Under the pieces are notes generated by a model that worked only from the letters and a program-made list of their open reading frames with translations, was not told the DNA's origin and did no database searches. A stretch of 64,000 nucleotides of DNA, from assembly GCF_009834535.1 (NCBI RefSeq), contig NC_045707.1:60266001-60330000 (forward strand), written 5' to 3'. Of this stretch, positions 1 to 13,079 are shown piece after piece (positions within the stretch are counted from its first letter, which is position 1; each line of letters starts with the position of its first letter). The stretch is from Camelus ferus (lineage: Eukaryota). A program made the position numbers and the translations under genes.

Positions 1-328
1 TGTTGACGAGGAATGGTCCTGAAAGTTTCTCTTCAGTCCTCACATGTGATCCCTTAGATCTCAGAATGACCAACAGTGCATTGGATCCTTCTCACACTTG
101 GGATTCTCTGACTTTTCCTTCCACTGCATCTTCTTCTAGCTGGAGAAAGTTCTCTGTTTTTAAGATATTGTGTGATTCAACTGGACCCACCCACCAGAAT
201 CTCCTTATCTTAATTCCTATAACCTGAATTACCTCTGCAAAGCTCCTTTTGCCATATAACAAAATATATCACCAAACTCCAGAGATCAGGGCATGGACAT
301 CTTCAGGGCCATTATTCTGCTTACCACA
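1..328 (-). mobile_element. MaLR LTR relic (MLT1-like), truncated by the window start
   Basis: Ends in ggccattattctgcttaccaca, the reverse complement of the typical MLT1 LTR start TGTGGTAGGCAGAATAATGGCC. Confidence 0.7.
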
Positions 329-1715
329 GTTTTCCACAACCAGAATCTTTATGCTGAAGAGAGGTCAGAAGTGCAGCATTGATCTCCTCTGTGCCCTGTC
401 TAGGAACGAGCCCTCAAAGGCACAATTAGCACAGATAAACTCATCATCATCCGCTATTCACTGGCTCCAACAGCATCTCCAGGAGACAATTTATGTGAGA
501 TGTTACTCCTCCAAAATTAGTCACAGTTGGGTATTTCATAACCAGCTCTGCTCCATCATTAAAGGGCAAGGCTTCTCAAAAGAGCAACAATACTATTTTT
601 TGAAATAACCAAATAAACTCTCTTCCCTTAACAGTGGAGAATAATAACTCAAAAATCAATCGATTCAAAATGATCTCTTGACATCATATGGCGAACTGTG
701 TACCTACAGTGGTGGCTGCATCTTCACACCCCTCTGAATCCTCCAAAGATATTGGACATTTTGTTCAGTATTCTGAATCTATTAGTGGCTTCTTCATTGA
801 TAAAAGCAATGCAATTCGAGCATTTGGGGTGAATGTGATTATCCTATGTTATTAACATGAGAAAAGTCTCTTACTTACAGATACACAGAAAGTAAGAGGG
901 ATATGTAGGTAGAGGTTCCGCTATATTTTTAAAAATCCAAATGCCTTACTGATTCATCTCAAATAATTAATTTTTAAAATACTGTACTGGATAGTTAAGG
1001 ACAATCTTGATAAAACAAAGCCATAAGAATTAAGCTAAGAAATGCTGAGATAGCCCAAGTTAGTGAAGACAATTTTATCCTAACATTTTTATTAATTGTT
1101 ATTCAGCTAGTAAAGAAATCTATGACTGAGCTGCTGGGAGGAAAGGACACTTTATACTTATTTATTATCCATGATGCAAATTTCAACTCTGTTCCTCCAG
1201 GGAAAATTTCAGAGTGCTGCCCCTGCCACCACCAATGACTTCGGGAATATTAGAACCACTTGCAAAGAAGTACGTTTAGAAGCTTTTAGTCCAGCTTTAT
1301 ACAGTGAGGTGGAAGGGAGCCTCCTTCTGGTCAATTAAAGAGAAGAGAATTTTGTTTTTCACTGAAAGTTCTTTACCTGTTTTACAGCGGGAAACGCAAC
1401 CAACTTCTCTTGTTAAAAAAGATCTTGCAGTATTAATAGAAGAAAAGCAAAGAAAAGGATCACTCTGTACTACCTTAGCAGAAATGTAAAGGAAGTTCTG
1501 CACTATTTCAATTACTAGATAATCATTTTACAAAGCAGTCAAATTCCAAAGATAACTCAGCCTACACATTAAATATGTTCTCAAGTTACGGGTAGACTTA
1601 GGATAAATTCTATAGGCTAAATAACTTGAAAGTGAATTTTTTAAATGACCTTTTCTTCACTAAAATATTCATTAATCTAATGTAGCCTTGATGTAGACTT
1701 CTAATATATTTTTTT

Positions 1716-1821
1716 AAAGTATGGAACACTTCACAAATTTACATGTCATCTTTGCTCCAGGGCCATGCTAATCTTCAACGTATCATTTCAACTTTAGTAT
1801 ATGGGCTGCCGAAGCGAGCAC
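1716..1821 (-). pseudogene. RNU6: Full-length U6 snRNA retropseudogene
   Basis: The reverse complement begins GTGCTCGCTTCGGCAGC and follows U6 throughout (…GATTAGCATGGCCC…, …TTCCATA) with scattered substitutions. T-run at 1709-1715 (poly-A on the minus strand). TSD tagacttctaatat (1694-1707) / taggcttctaatat (1822-1835). Confidence 0.95.
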
Positions 1822-1950
1822 TAGGCTTCTAATATTTATTATAATAAATGTACTATAGGAACATAAATCCTGATTCATATATTTTAATTTACAAATCTAT
1901 CAGTTTGATTCATGGAGTCATTTTTCTGTCCAATCACATTAAATTACATC

Positions 1951-2275
1951 AATAGACTCACAGACACAGAAAACAAACTTGTGGTTATGGGGGAGGGGGG
2001 AAAGGGGTTGGAAAGGATAAATTAGGAGTTCAAGATTTGCAAATATTAACTACTATATATAAAATAAACAAATTTCTTCTGTGTAGCACGGGGAACTACA
2101 TTTATTATCTTGTAGTAACATATAATGAAAAAGAATATGAAAAGGAATGTATGTATGTGTATGTATGACTGAAACATTATGCTGTACACCAGAAATTGAC
2201 ACAACATTGTACACTGACTATACCTCAATAAAAAATAAAATAAAATAAAATAAAATAAAATAAAATAAAATAAAT
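1951..2275 (+). mobile_element. 5'-truncated LINE-1 3'UTR with (TAAAA)n tail
   Basis: Begins aatagactcacagaca, matching the end of the young L1 at ~63985. Ends in a (TAAAA)n tail. TSD taaattacatcaatag (1940-1955) / taaattacatccatag (2271-2286). Confidence 0.9.
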
Positions 2276-5200
2276 TACATCCATAGTTAAATCCCTGAAA
2301 TAAATTATGAGCTCATTCAGGAAACATTCTGCCAAGAGAGTATTTGGCACACATTAGGCAGTCAGTAAACACTGAAAATAATAAACATGTATTCTGTCAA
2401 GGTGTACACAGTCTAGAATTCTAACCATGTGTAAATCTCCAATTGAAATGTTCACAACAGTCCAGTCAGTCCCTTATCCAACACACCTGAGACTTGCTTC
2501 CTCTTCCATTAACTGAAATGCATTCTGGAGATAGACATTAATTACCATTAATCTAGCTTACTATGAAAGTAAAGCAGGGCTAACCCCTGTGTACTCTGAG
2601 ACCGTATAATGATTTTAGAGTCACTGAATTCCTTATTCCCTCCGTTTGTGCTGATATTGAACTGCATGTCATAATGTAGAAATAATCACTTGTCAAGAGT
2701 AATCAGGGCAGATGAGGTTCCGATGAGTCCTTTCACATAATCTAGGAAGGCTTCCTGAATTTCTCATTCACAGATATTGAATGTTGGGTCAGGGCTGAGG
2801 GGGAGGTCCCTGCATCTGACACTATGCTAGGCATTAGGTATACAGACATGAAAAGAGATGTGGTTCCTGACCTCAAGAAGCTGATAATCTAGACATAAGT
2901 TTAAACTCATCAGTGCAACAAAGTAGAAAACTAAGTGCTGATACAGAAAGAATGAAATCACAAACGAGGAAGTAGTCAGTTCAGAGTTAGGTCTAGGGGG
3001 AGAAAAACTGGAAAAAAGCTCTCCCTCCATAGCTGAGCACATCAGTTCCCTGCTGCCACAGGCATCTGAATGTCCCCATCTTCCCATGAGAGCTGTAGGA
3101 GATGCTAAGGAAAATTAAATGCAGGGAAAGAAGGCCTGAGACATCTTGAGAAGGACTCATAATCAAAGCAGGGTTTGCAACAGGCTACCCCTTATCAATA
3201 GGCATAAACTTTCAGAAGCCGACAGCAAATACCAGAATGTAAGTTCCTACTGGGACCCGCACATGGGCACCCCATACTCACAGTGATAAGCTGCCTTACA
3301 CTGTCGATATTTGTTCATTTGGTTTTCATTCCCCAGTCTTAGGAATAATCAAGAGCTTGAGACTCTGACTCGCCAGGGCCAAAGCCCTGCCACTTTCCTC
3401 AGCCAGTTCTCTAAAAAGAGTTGCACGTTCTATATAAAAACGATTCCTGGAGGTATGTTTCAAAGTCCCAAATTATCCGAGTTCAAGGGGCCAATGAGCT
3501 CCCGCTCTCATTCCTGCCTCCCTGAAGGCCACCCCCAGTCAGCTATGATCACTGTCATGGTGACATGTCATCCCTAGCAAGGATTATGTCTCATACTTCT
3601 TTCTTGGTGTCCTCCATAGCCCCTGCCACGGGGACTCGCAAGTAGCTCATTACACAACTGATACACAATGCTGATAATAACAAACACAGAACCTCGCCAA
3701 AGATGAGATTTTGCCATGTGTTAGAAGTTCTGTGACTAGTGTGGTTGGTGGACAGGATAGTCTATTAAATACATTCTACGCATTTTGTATTTCCATTCTC
3801 TCTTCCCTACGGTACAGTAAATAAGAGAGGTAGGGTGACATATGTGTTCTTTACTTGTGCTGCTTATATAGAAATAGGGAGGCTCCTGTTGGTGCCAAAT
3901 AAGGCATTTTATCCGCCTAACATAAGTCACCATATGGAGCAGGTTCTACCTGAGGCCTGCCTGGGTGAAGTCCAAGTCATCCTGAGACCTTATGTCCAAT
4001 TTATCTAGGGCTCTGATTTACCAAAGAAGGTCACAAGGTGCTGCCACAGATGCCAGGCACAAGAGCCCTAACCTGTGTCCAAGAAGCAGAGGGAAGTCTT
4101 TGCTCTTACTGGGCAGCCACATTTCTGTTCCTTGCACCCCCTTCTGGGCCCAGAAAGCTCGTGTTTGTTGCAAGAGCATTTATTTGGAAAATCAAGGGAC
4201 AAAGGGCTTGTTTGCTTTAATAAAAGCAAAGAACAAGCTCAATAATTTATGAGAAGTTTTATTTGACTCCTGGGTCAGCGGTTTAATTTTGCATATGTTC
4301 TCATAAATGTAACCGCAGTTTTTTGAGTGAGGATCATCTTGTAAACTAAATGTGCTGGCAGAGGAAAATCAGTTTGTGGCACCCAAGACATTAGGGAAAT
4401 TGGCAACCATGGAAGGCACCTGAAAGGCTTTCCTCCCCAGCCTCACAGCTAGCCACCAGAAAAGAAATACCCTTGTTCTAACACTCTCCTCTCAAATGGT
4501 GAGCTCTTCAGTCAATCAGTTATGTTCTGGGTAAATTTAATATCAAGAAGGAGAAGTAACACCAGCACTTATCCCAGAGCTACTGTGTTGAAGAAGAGTC
4601 TCACATGACTTAGTAATAAGCCTCTCATGTCTCATGCATTCCTGAACACTGGCAAACAAATTAAAAACAAATTAAATGGAGAAATTCCCTGGGGGTGAAG
4701 GTGGTGTGTACACACATACGAGCACATGCGTGAGTTCACATGTTTTGTCTTCAAGCAGCCAAGACCTACATAGTAAAACATAATTATGGGAACTTTAGAG
4801 CCTTACATGTTTGCCTCAACCTTACCAGGGATGGAAAATTCAACAGTGCAATGTCCATCTAAAGTTGTTACTATTAGATGCAAGTTGGTGTCGTCATGAA
4901 ATTGACTCAAGAGAGCCTCTTTGTTTTTTATAAGCAGTCCTGACCCTGGGGTTCCCTAACACGACTATCAAAGGGTTATGATAAGACTCAATGGCTGGAG
5001 AGATGCATTTGTAACTGAGACCTACTGGATGACACTGGCCTAGGCATACTATCTCTAACCCCTTTCCCATACTGCTGAAATCTTGCAGGACACATATTCT
5101 CACCTCAGTTTTACAGACCAGGAAAGTGGGCCTCAGAGAACTTAAAAAGTGGAAAAAAATGATGTGTGAACCTAAAATAAAATAGGTTCTGACTCCGTGG

Positions 5201-5465
5201 TCAAATTTTCCCACATAGGCATAACCACTGACTTTGTATACCTCTCGGACGACAGCCAGCCACCCAATCTGATTTTCTAAGAAACTTTGTTCTTCTGGGT
5301 GGTTAATACTCTTGAGAGACAAGTACTATACTTATGGCTTCCCAGCTGGAAGTGGACGTGATCATTTACCCACTCTGCTGAGCTAGGACCAGAGGGCATC
5401 CCGACCTGAGATACCAAGAGGTTAGGAACAAGGTTTACACATCACACCAGAAATAAAGCTTTGGT

Positions 5466-5508
5466 AGGAAGGAAGGAAGGAAGGAAGAAAGAAAGAAAAA
5501 AAAAAAAA
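5466..5508 (+). repeat. (GGAA)n/(GAAA)n/poly-A simple repeat
   Basis: Directly visible. Confidence 0.9.
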
Positions 5509-5547
5509 GCTTCTCTCGGCCACTCCTAAGAAAAAGCTGATGTCCAT

Positions 5548-6070
5548 CATTCATTCATTCATTCAACAAACATTCACAGAGGGACTTTTCTGTGCCAGGC
5601 ACTGTATAGAATGTTGGACTTAAAATAATGAGTGTAAGATAGCACTCGCCCTCAAAACTCTCACAGTATGAAGGAGAAAGACCAGCAAAAGAGCAATTCT
5701 TATGCAGAGCGATAAAAGCTACTATTGGAACAAACGAGATTACTGGGCACAGAGCAAGGACAACCACTTGTCATGGAGTGTTTAGAACAACTTCCAAGCG
5801 AAAAATAGCATTCGGGCAGAGTCCTAAAGAACAAATTATAGTAAGCCTGGCCACTGAAGGGAGGCAGTTAGGAGTTTTCCAGGCAAAAAGGACAGGATGT
5901 ACACAGATCTAAAAGAGACAGCCTGCATGTCCCCAAACCTGCAAGCTCTCCGTGTTGCTAACGGGGTAAAGGAAAGAAAATAATGACACTGGATAATTAA
6001 AAACAGAACAAAGCGTGAAGGCCCTGGTGTGAAATGCTAGGATTTCATCCTAGAGGTAACAGGTTCCCTA
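5548..6070 (-). mobile_element. LINE-2 3' fragment
   Basis: cattcattcattcaacaaacatt…tgtgccaggcactgt is the reverse complement of the L2 3' terminus. Confidence 0.75.
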
Positions 6071-6406
6071 AACAGACAGAACTGGATCCCTTAGCCATCC
6101 AAGTAGAGACTCGGGAAGCTAAGAACATTGCTCACCCGACCCATCTCGGGAGCAAAACACTGCACCTATAATGCTTGCCCCCACGTGCTCCTCACTCAGC
6201 CATCAAGAGTGACTGTGGTGTTTCCCCCGCCCCAGGCAGTGATGTGATTCTCTCGCAGTCTCATGAATATTCATGAGAAAACTGAGCGGACAAAAGCAGG
6301 GGAGGGCTGGTGCCAACGAGGGTGTCTTTCAATCATTCATTGCTCCATTCATTTGTTCAGTCACTCATTTAATCCGGGCAATACAATCTTAAATCAGGGT
6401 CTAAAT

Positions 6407-6632
6407 CAGGGGCTGGCAGTCTGCAGCCTGTTAAGTCAAATGTGACCCACCATCTGTTTTGTACCTAAAGTTTTACTGGGACACAGCTGTGCCTGTTTAT
6501 TTATGTACTGTCTGCGCCTGCTTTCACACTACAGCAGCAGAGGTGGGTTGGTGGAACAGAGATCGTATGGACCACAAGGCTGAAAATATATGCTATTGGG
6601 CCCTTTTACAGAAAAAGTTTGCCAAACTCTTT
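6407..6632 (+). mobile_element. hAT-Charlie MITE (MER58A-like)
   Basis: Starts caggggctggca, contains aaagttttactgggacacagc, and ends cttttacagaaaaagtttgccaaactc. Confidence 0.8.
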
Positions 6633-6644
6633 GTGGTCGACTTA

Positions 6645-6840
6645 AATAGCGACTCTGCCATTTGGGCTCTGAACTTCAGTCTCCTCTTCTGTAAAGCAAA
6701 GATGGCAATAATGATGATTTAAATAATCTAGAGTTTATTTATTTATTAATTATTTAAAACAGATTTGAATAGTTTTTATGTGCAAAGTACCAAACACAAA
6801 GTAAGCACTGAACAAATATTAGTTGCTAGTATTATCATTA
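6645..6840 (+). mobile_element. MIR SINE relic
   Basis: Core ctctgaacttcagtctcctcttctgtaaa and 3' end gtaagcactgaacaaatattag. Confidence 0.65.
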
Positions 6841-6899
6841 ATTCCTTCATGAAATATTGCAGGAGCGATCGGGAGATGGGGGCAAGAACTACACTGGGC

Positions 6900-7700
6900 A
6901 TTGTGTCCAGTCTTCATGGCTTTTGGGCTGTTTGAGATGGCTGTTAAACAGGCACATAGGCAGTAGGGTACCCAGGAGTGGACTGTGCAGGAAGAGCTAG
7001 AGCTGGGTATATATATTTGGGAATCAATCACATATGACACATTTAAAACCACAGAACTGGATGGACTCACTGGGAAAAAGTGCATGTGGAAAGTAGAAAA
7101 GGGCCAGACACTAAATCCAGTTGAGGTTTTGCGGGCATAAATTTAAAATTAGACCAGGAAGACTTGTTGCATTTTTTTCCAGCTACATTCAGCTGTGCTG
7201 ATGCAGGGGTGGAAGAGGAAGAAAGCTGAATTTATCGAGGGGTGGAATTTCACTGCAGGAGCAGTGAGGCAAGGATGCTGAACGCGCGTACATGAAAACT
7301 ACTTAACAACAGACTGAGAAACCTTAGCCATGTAAAGATGGACGTTCACCGGTGAGACAGTAGGAAGATCAGTGGACTAGGGGTTTCTGGTGGCGTCCAA
7401 GAATTACAGGAGTGGAATCATTCTTAAGTTCCTCACTTGCACTAGAGGAAGTGAGCTGGAGAGACAAGAAGAGGAGGCCAAAGAATAGACAGAAATAGGG
7501 ACGGTGAGAAATTTAGTAAACTAATGACTAAAATCCTTAATACATGGGGGAAGTGATGGAGAAGAAAGCAGATTACTGCTAATAAAAAAAGTGGGGGGGT
7601 GGAGCAAAGTGGTATAGCCTAATTCCATGTGCTTCAAAGGACCCGAGGGGATGGAGAGTGGAAGTAAGGGTACAAAAGCAGGAAAAAGGTGGGCACCAAC
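6900..7700 (-). mobile_element. LINE-2 internal fragment
   Basis: Purine-rich L2-antisense motifs (tttgagatggctgtt, gagctagagctggg…atttgggaatca). Boundaries are approximate. Confidence 0.55.
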
Positions 7701-7794
7701 CCTAAATGACTTTAGCCACAGACAAGCAACTAAGAGAGAAACGCTTACACAGTAGAAGCTAAGTGTAAATAATATAAAGAGAGTGCATTATTAA

Positions 7795-8130
7795 GGTAAT
7801 ACTAGCTGCCATAAGACATGGATAAAACCCCAAAGCTCAGTGGCTTAACTTAATAGATGTTTATTTCTTGCTCAGTCAACTCGACAGAAATTTATCTCTT
7901 GGAAGAGGAAAGGCTCTTCTCCGTGTAGTTCTTCAAAGACTCGGATTGATGGAGGCTCTCCCATCTTCAGTATGTGGTTTCTAAGGCTTCCAGGGGTGTT
8001 GACATCAAGGGGGTAAGAGAGAGGGAGAGAGCACTGCATTATGGGCCAGGCCAGGGAGTGGCCAACATGAGTTTCTCCCACTGAGTAATCTGGCTGGGAA
8101 TGGGATCTGTATTTTGTGCCCAGAAATTAA
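7795..8130 (-). mobile_element. MaLR LTR relic (MLT1-like)
   Basis: aaaaccccaaagctcagtggcttaa…tttatttcttgctca motif typical of antisense MLT1. Confidence 0.6.
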
Positions 8131-8814
8131 GGGGAAAAAACTTGATTACTTGCCGTGAAAGCCTGGGGAACAGTTTAACCAGTATACTTTGGTGGAACCT
8201 TATCAGGAAATAAAAAAAAAATCAAAGTATAATAAAAAAAATAACATGGACTCATAAACTTATTAATCCTTATTTAGAAAACTGGGACCAATAACAGTTC
8301 TCCTGCCTTAAAATGTACGTGAAAATATCAAAATGAGAGATTCTGGATTAAAAACATCTTATAAAAAATGTCAAACTCTGAAGCACTGCATACACATCAG
8401 CTCTTATTATTACTACTGAGAACACAACTGGTATCTGTCCCATTCTTGCTCCTTTAAAATAACTACACACGCCTATGCAAACCAGCATTGTGATTCTGTT
8501 ATTAAAAAAAAAAAAAAAAAGCTGCTTCAAATACCAGCATTCCCTATCTGAAATTCTGGCATACATGCACTTTATTTGTCTACTTAAGTCCAGATTCTTG
8601 GCAACCTCACCTCCCAGTTACCCATTTTGGTATCCAACTTAGCTCTCATTTTCTGCCTGTCTCATAATATTGAGACCCAAGTTCCTAGTTTCTATCTTGT
8701 TTTTGTCCTGTGACACATCTACAGGACACACATCTACTCCTGCTAACATTTATGCCTTTACAGAGAGTGACACAGGCAGGCTGCTCCATTTCTGTTCACT
8801 GCCATCGTGCTTTT

Positions 8815-9025
8815 GAAGGACCTCTGCATACAGTTGCACAGGCTGTGTACTGCACAACCCTACAGGCCATTGCTCAGCTAGCTGACCAAGTTCTTACAAT
8901 GTTCTAGCACATGGCAGCAAAGCGCTTTGCTCTACCAAGAAAATATCATGTCAGACAGAAGTTATGTGTCTTAAGAAAGAAGCCGCTCTTCCTAATTCAC
9001 TCTAAGGTGCCATATGGACTTTTCA
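8815..9025 (+). mobile_element. hAT-Tip100 MITE (MER91-like)
   Basis: cagttgcacaggctgtgtactgcacaacc and aaggtgccatatgg motifs. Confidence 0.5.
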
Positions 9026-9774
9026 TGCTCCCTCATAAGAGGTCTGTTCCTGCCCAAATGTGAATGAAGGTCACATACCCTGTCCAGTTAAGACTAAGCA
9101 CAAAACCCAAGCAGACACTGCACCTAAAAGAACCAGAACTGTGTCAGAGCCTTGTCTCTTGCAAACCATAGATGAAAAATATTTACCAATTCCTAATGAC
9201 ATGGAATTGTTAATTAAAAGAGTAACACAACAATAAAACACTTGCTGAAACTTGTTATATACCTGCCTGCGTTCATTATTACATAAACCTATGTGTAAAT
9301 TTCCCATTGTAAGGCTTTGGAGCATCAAAGAAAAAAAACAAAAAACAAAAACCTTTGTTTCAAAGCCAAATCAGAACACTCTATTCCATCACAGTTAAAG
9401 TAAAAACAAATGAACCCAGTGTCCATGCTCTTGGACCCTAGGTAGGTGGTTCTTTGTCTTCTGGGCCACAGTTTACAGTGATGAGTCATATACAGCTGAT
9501 GCCCAAAGATCCTCGTGAGTTGGGAGCTGCAGATATAATCACATATAGACAATCACAGTGAACAGCAACCAGAATATCCATAACCTACGAGGGAACTGCC
9601 CCAAGGAAAATTAATAAGGAACATGATGTCTCGGCTTCTAACGATCTCAGTACATGTTAGGAAAACACATGCTTTCACACCGTATTGACCCACCTGCCTT
9701 AGGTAGCCCCTTTTATTTCTGCCTATGTAGCACTACCATCTTTGAAGACATAGCTCAAAATCAACATATTCTTT

Positions 9775-10050
9775 AAAAGACAGATACTGTATGGTCCCAC
9801 TTATCTGAGGGATCTAAAATAGTCAAATTCACAGGAACAGAAAGCAGAATGGTGGTTACCAGGGGCTGGGAGGAGGGGGAGATGGCGAGCTGTTGTCCAG
9901 AAGGTAGAGTTCCTGTTTAGCAAGACAAAAAAGCCCTAGAGATCTGGTGCAAAACAATGTGAATACACTTAACGCTACTGGCTGTACACCTAAAAATAAT
10001 TAAGATGATAAATTTTGTCATTTTTTTACGATTAAAAAACAAATGTTAAA
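9775..10050 (+). mobile_element. Older L1M 3'UTR fragment
   Basis: aaaagacagatactgtatggtcccacttat…agaaagcagaatggtggttaccaggggctggg, followed by an A-rich end. Confidence 0.85.
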
Positions 10051-10874
10051 AAGTTCTATATTCTTCTGAAATGTTTTGTTTAGCCATCCTTGTCTAAAAT
10101 GACCTTGCCCTCTTCCCCAAAGTTACTGCCTTTTTACTTGTTGCTTAATCTTGTGCTTCCTTGTAACAACTACTTTTGTCTGAAACTACTGACCGAGCAT
10201 TTTTAATGTAACAACCTTTTATAGATTAGAGTCTTAATTAGACAATAATAACAAAATTATTTTAAATCAGTATCTGCATTTTACATTGTATCCCCACGAT
10301 GCCCTGCCTATAATGGCCCTCAATAAGCACCTGCTGTTTTAACTCAACTGTGTCACAGCGGGAGCCAAAAGATTTGGAGAGCTGAGGCTGAACCTGATTC
10401 AACCTGAAGGCTAGTGTGAGAAGCAGGTTAAGAGTAAAAGTCATCAGAGAAGGCACAATGGGCCGTCAAGGACAACTAAGCTGATGTAGCACCTTTGATT
10501 TGCTTATCCTTTTATTCAAGAAAATATTACTGAGTTCCTATGTCTAAGACGTTGTACTTATTCTGTGGAATACAAGGCTGACATAGTGCCTGCCTTCAGC
10601 AATTTATAATCTAGCCATTTCTGACTCTTTCTCCTAAGAAAAGCTGGAGGACGCAGGCCAGCCATATTGGCCCATGCCAGCTTAGGGTCAGAGGGCTGAA
10701 AGTCAGATATAGCAGCAAGTCAAGATGGACAGGAACATGTGCTAAAACGTGTGCAAGGAAAAGAAATAAAGAAAAAATATGAGAAGTTAAATTTGTCACA
10801 AGAAGCAAGCACAAATGCCAATATAGGAAATGAAGACAAAGGTAAGGTAAATGCAGTCATGGAGCAAGAATTTA

Positions 10875-11160
10875 AAAGATACATGGACCCCAGTGTTCAC
10901 AGTAGCACTATTTACAACCTCCACGACATGGAAGCAACCCAAATGTCCATCGACAGATGCCTGGATAGAGAAGTTGTGGTAAATATATATATATTTATGT
11001 ATATAAACATGTATTATACACACACACACAATGGAATACTACTCAGCCATAAAAATGAATAAAATGCCATTTGCAGCAACACAGATCTGTAGATTATCAT
11101 ACTTAGTAAGTCAGACAGAGAAAGACAAAAATCATATGACATCACTTATGTGCAGAATCT
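10875..11160 (+). mobile_element. LINE-1 ORF2 C-terminal fragment (sense)
   Basis: Encodes MEYYSAIK…MPFAAT, homologous to 63670-63926 in this window. Confidence 0.85.
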
Positions 11161-11518
11161 ATTCTCTGTTCTTCCTTCTCAAGATTGTTTTGGCTATTCG
11201 GGGTCTTTTGTGTTTCCATGCAAAGTTTAAAAATTTTTTGTTCCAGTTCTGTGAAAAATGCCATTGGTAATTTGATAGGGATTGCACTGAATCTATAGAT
11301 TGCCTTTGGTAGCACGGTCATTTTAACAATATTGATTTTTCCAATCCGAGAACATTGTATGTATCTTTCCATCTGTTTGTGTTGTCTTCAATTTCCTTCA
11401 TCAGCATCTTATAGTCTTCAGAGTACAGGACTTTTGCTTCCTTAGGTAGGTTTATTCCTAAGTATGTTACTGTGATAGTAAGTGGGACTGCTTCTTTAAT
11501 TTTTCTTTCTGATATTTC
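11161..11518 (-). mobile_element. LINE-1 ORF2 fragment (antisense)
   Basis: Encodes [11 protein letters not shown]…[25 protein letters not shown], homologous to ~62380-62730. Confidence 0.9.
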
Positions 11519-13079
11519 ACAATGCTGTAATTTCATGCAAAATGCAATAAATGCTATTGTGAACATGTCATAAGTACAGCATTAACAATCAATTTTTTTA
11601 ATTACCTTATGTAGCAGTACCAAGGCTTGAACCCAGATCCAGGGAATTATCCACCAAATGCTCTACCACCTCCTAGCTCTTCTTACCCTTCCTATCTGAA
11701 CCCCTGACCCCCAAACTCTCAGGCTGTGCTGTGATGAGTTTGCACTGGTCCAATGAGCAGGATCTCCACTGTGTGCCACCCCCAAGGGCAGAGGCTCTGT
11801 CATTTTCACTTTTCAGTTTCCAGGTCACCATTACCCAACCTGTCTGTGGCAGACATTACCACAGTCACAGCACTCTTTCTGCCTCCAGCCCATTCACCGA
11901 AATGCCCCAACCAGTGAGGACCAACTGATCAGAGCTGCAGTCAAAATGAAGACTAACTGCCTCCCTGGAGACAGGAAACATGGAGGAATTACATTGTCCA
12001 TCTCAGAAAGCAAAGACTGAGTCAGATTTCACGGTACCTGATGACCACTGACTTACTACAGTTTTCTTAGCACACTTCTCCACAAGACACTGGGCATTCT
12101 GCCCCAATACCACCCAGTGCAAGAAGGAGGAAAAAGAAGAGAAAAGCAAAGGAGTCCTCAGAATTTTGCATGAATTTATAATATTCTGTGATTTTACTTA
12201 AGCATCTTGCTTTTTCCATCACTCAGTTACAATGGATAGTTTGTCATTTTTCATTTTCTAGCTTCTCAGCTAGACCAAAAGGGACAATCTAGCAAAGGGG
12301 AAAAAAATGACTGAGTGGTACAAGGCACTAATTCATGAAGTGTAACACTTGTCTCTGCCAAATGCTTTCCCTTGTCAAATTTTTGCCAGAATCAATCGGT
12401 TATTTTTGGAATAATAAAACATAGTACTGAATCACACAAATTATGCTACAAATAGCATCTCAAACACTATTCAGACAAAGAAAACAATGGATGATTAAAT
12501 GTCTCATTGCAGTTTTCCTGGATAGTGTTTTCTAATGAATTATATGATGTAGAAATTAAGGACACTATTTTCCCCTCAGAGGAATGCTCCTTTATTGACT
12601 TAGGGGAAAAAAAAGTAGAATGATGGTCACACAAATAGTACAAATTCTTGGTTTTCAAAGAGTGTTTTCATTTAAATAACAAATGTACGGGGAGAATAAT
12701 AGTCAATGATCTAATTTCACAATTTGAGGGCTTTTCTCACTCTGACTTTCTTTCATCTTTACATAAAATCCAATGCTTCATCACATTTTATTTTCATCTC
12801 TACTGCTTTTTCTGATTATAAGAATAATAATGCACGCTACCATAAAAATTCAAGTATTTCAGAAAAGCATTACATAGAAAGCACAGAATCCTGCAATTAC
12901 CCAGAATTGCTACTCCTAAAAATCAGTAACTACGGCTTCAAATTTTCTCAATCTATTAACCCGCTTCTGACGTGCCGAGATCAGCCCAGTTGTTTCTTCC
13001 ATGTTACAGCTCTACCTTTCCAGTCCATGTAGTGTTAAACATCCCCTGTAATTTAAAAAAATGCCCTCTGACCCTCCAG

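Noticed and set aside
690..1500. Possible small exons (minus ~705-843, plus 1201-1269)
   Set aside because: Plausible AG/GT sites exist, but the peptides are unrecognised and I found no consistent exon chain.
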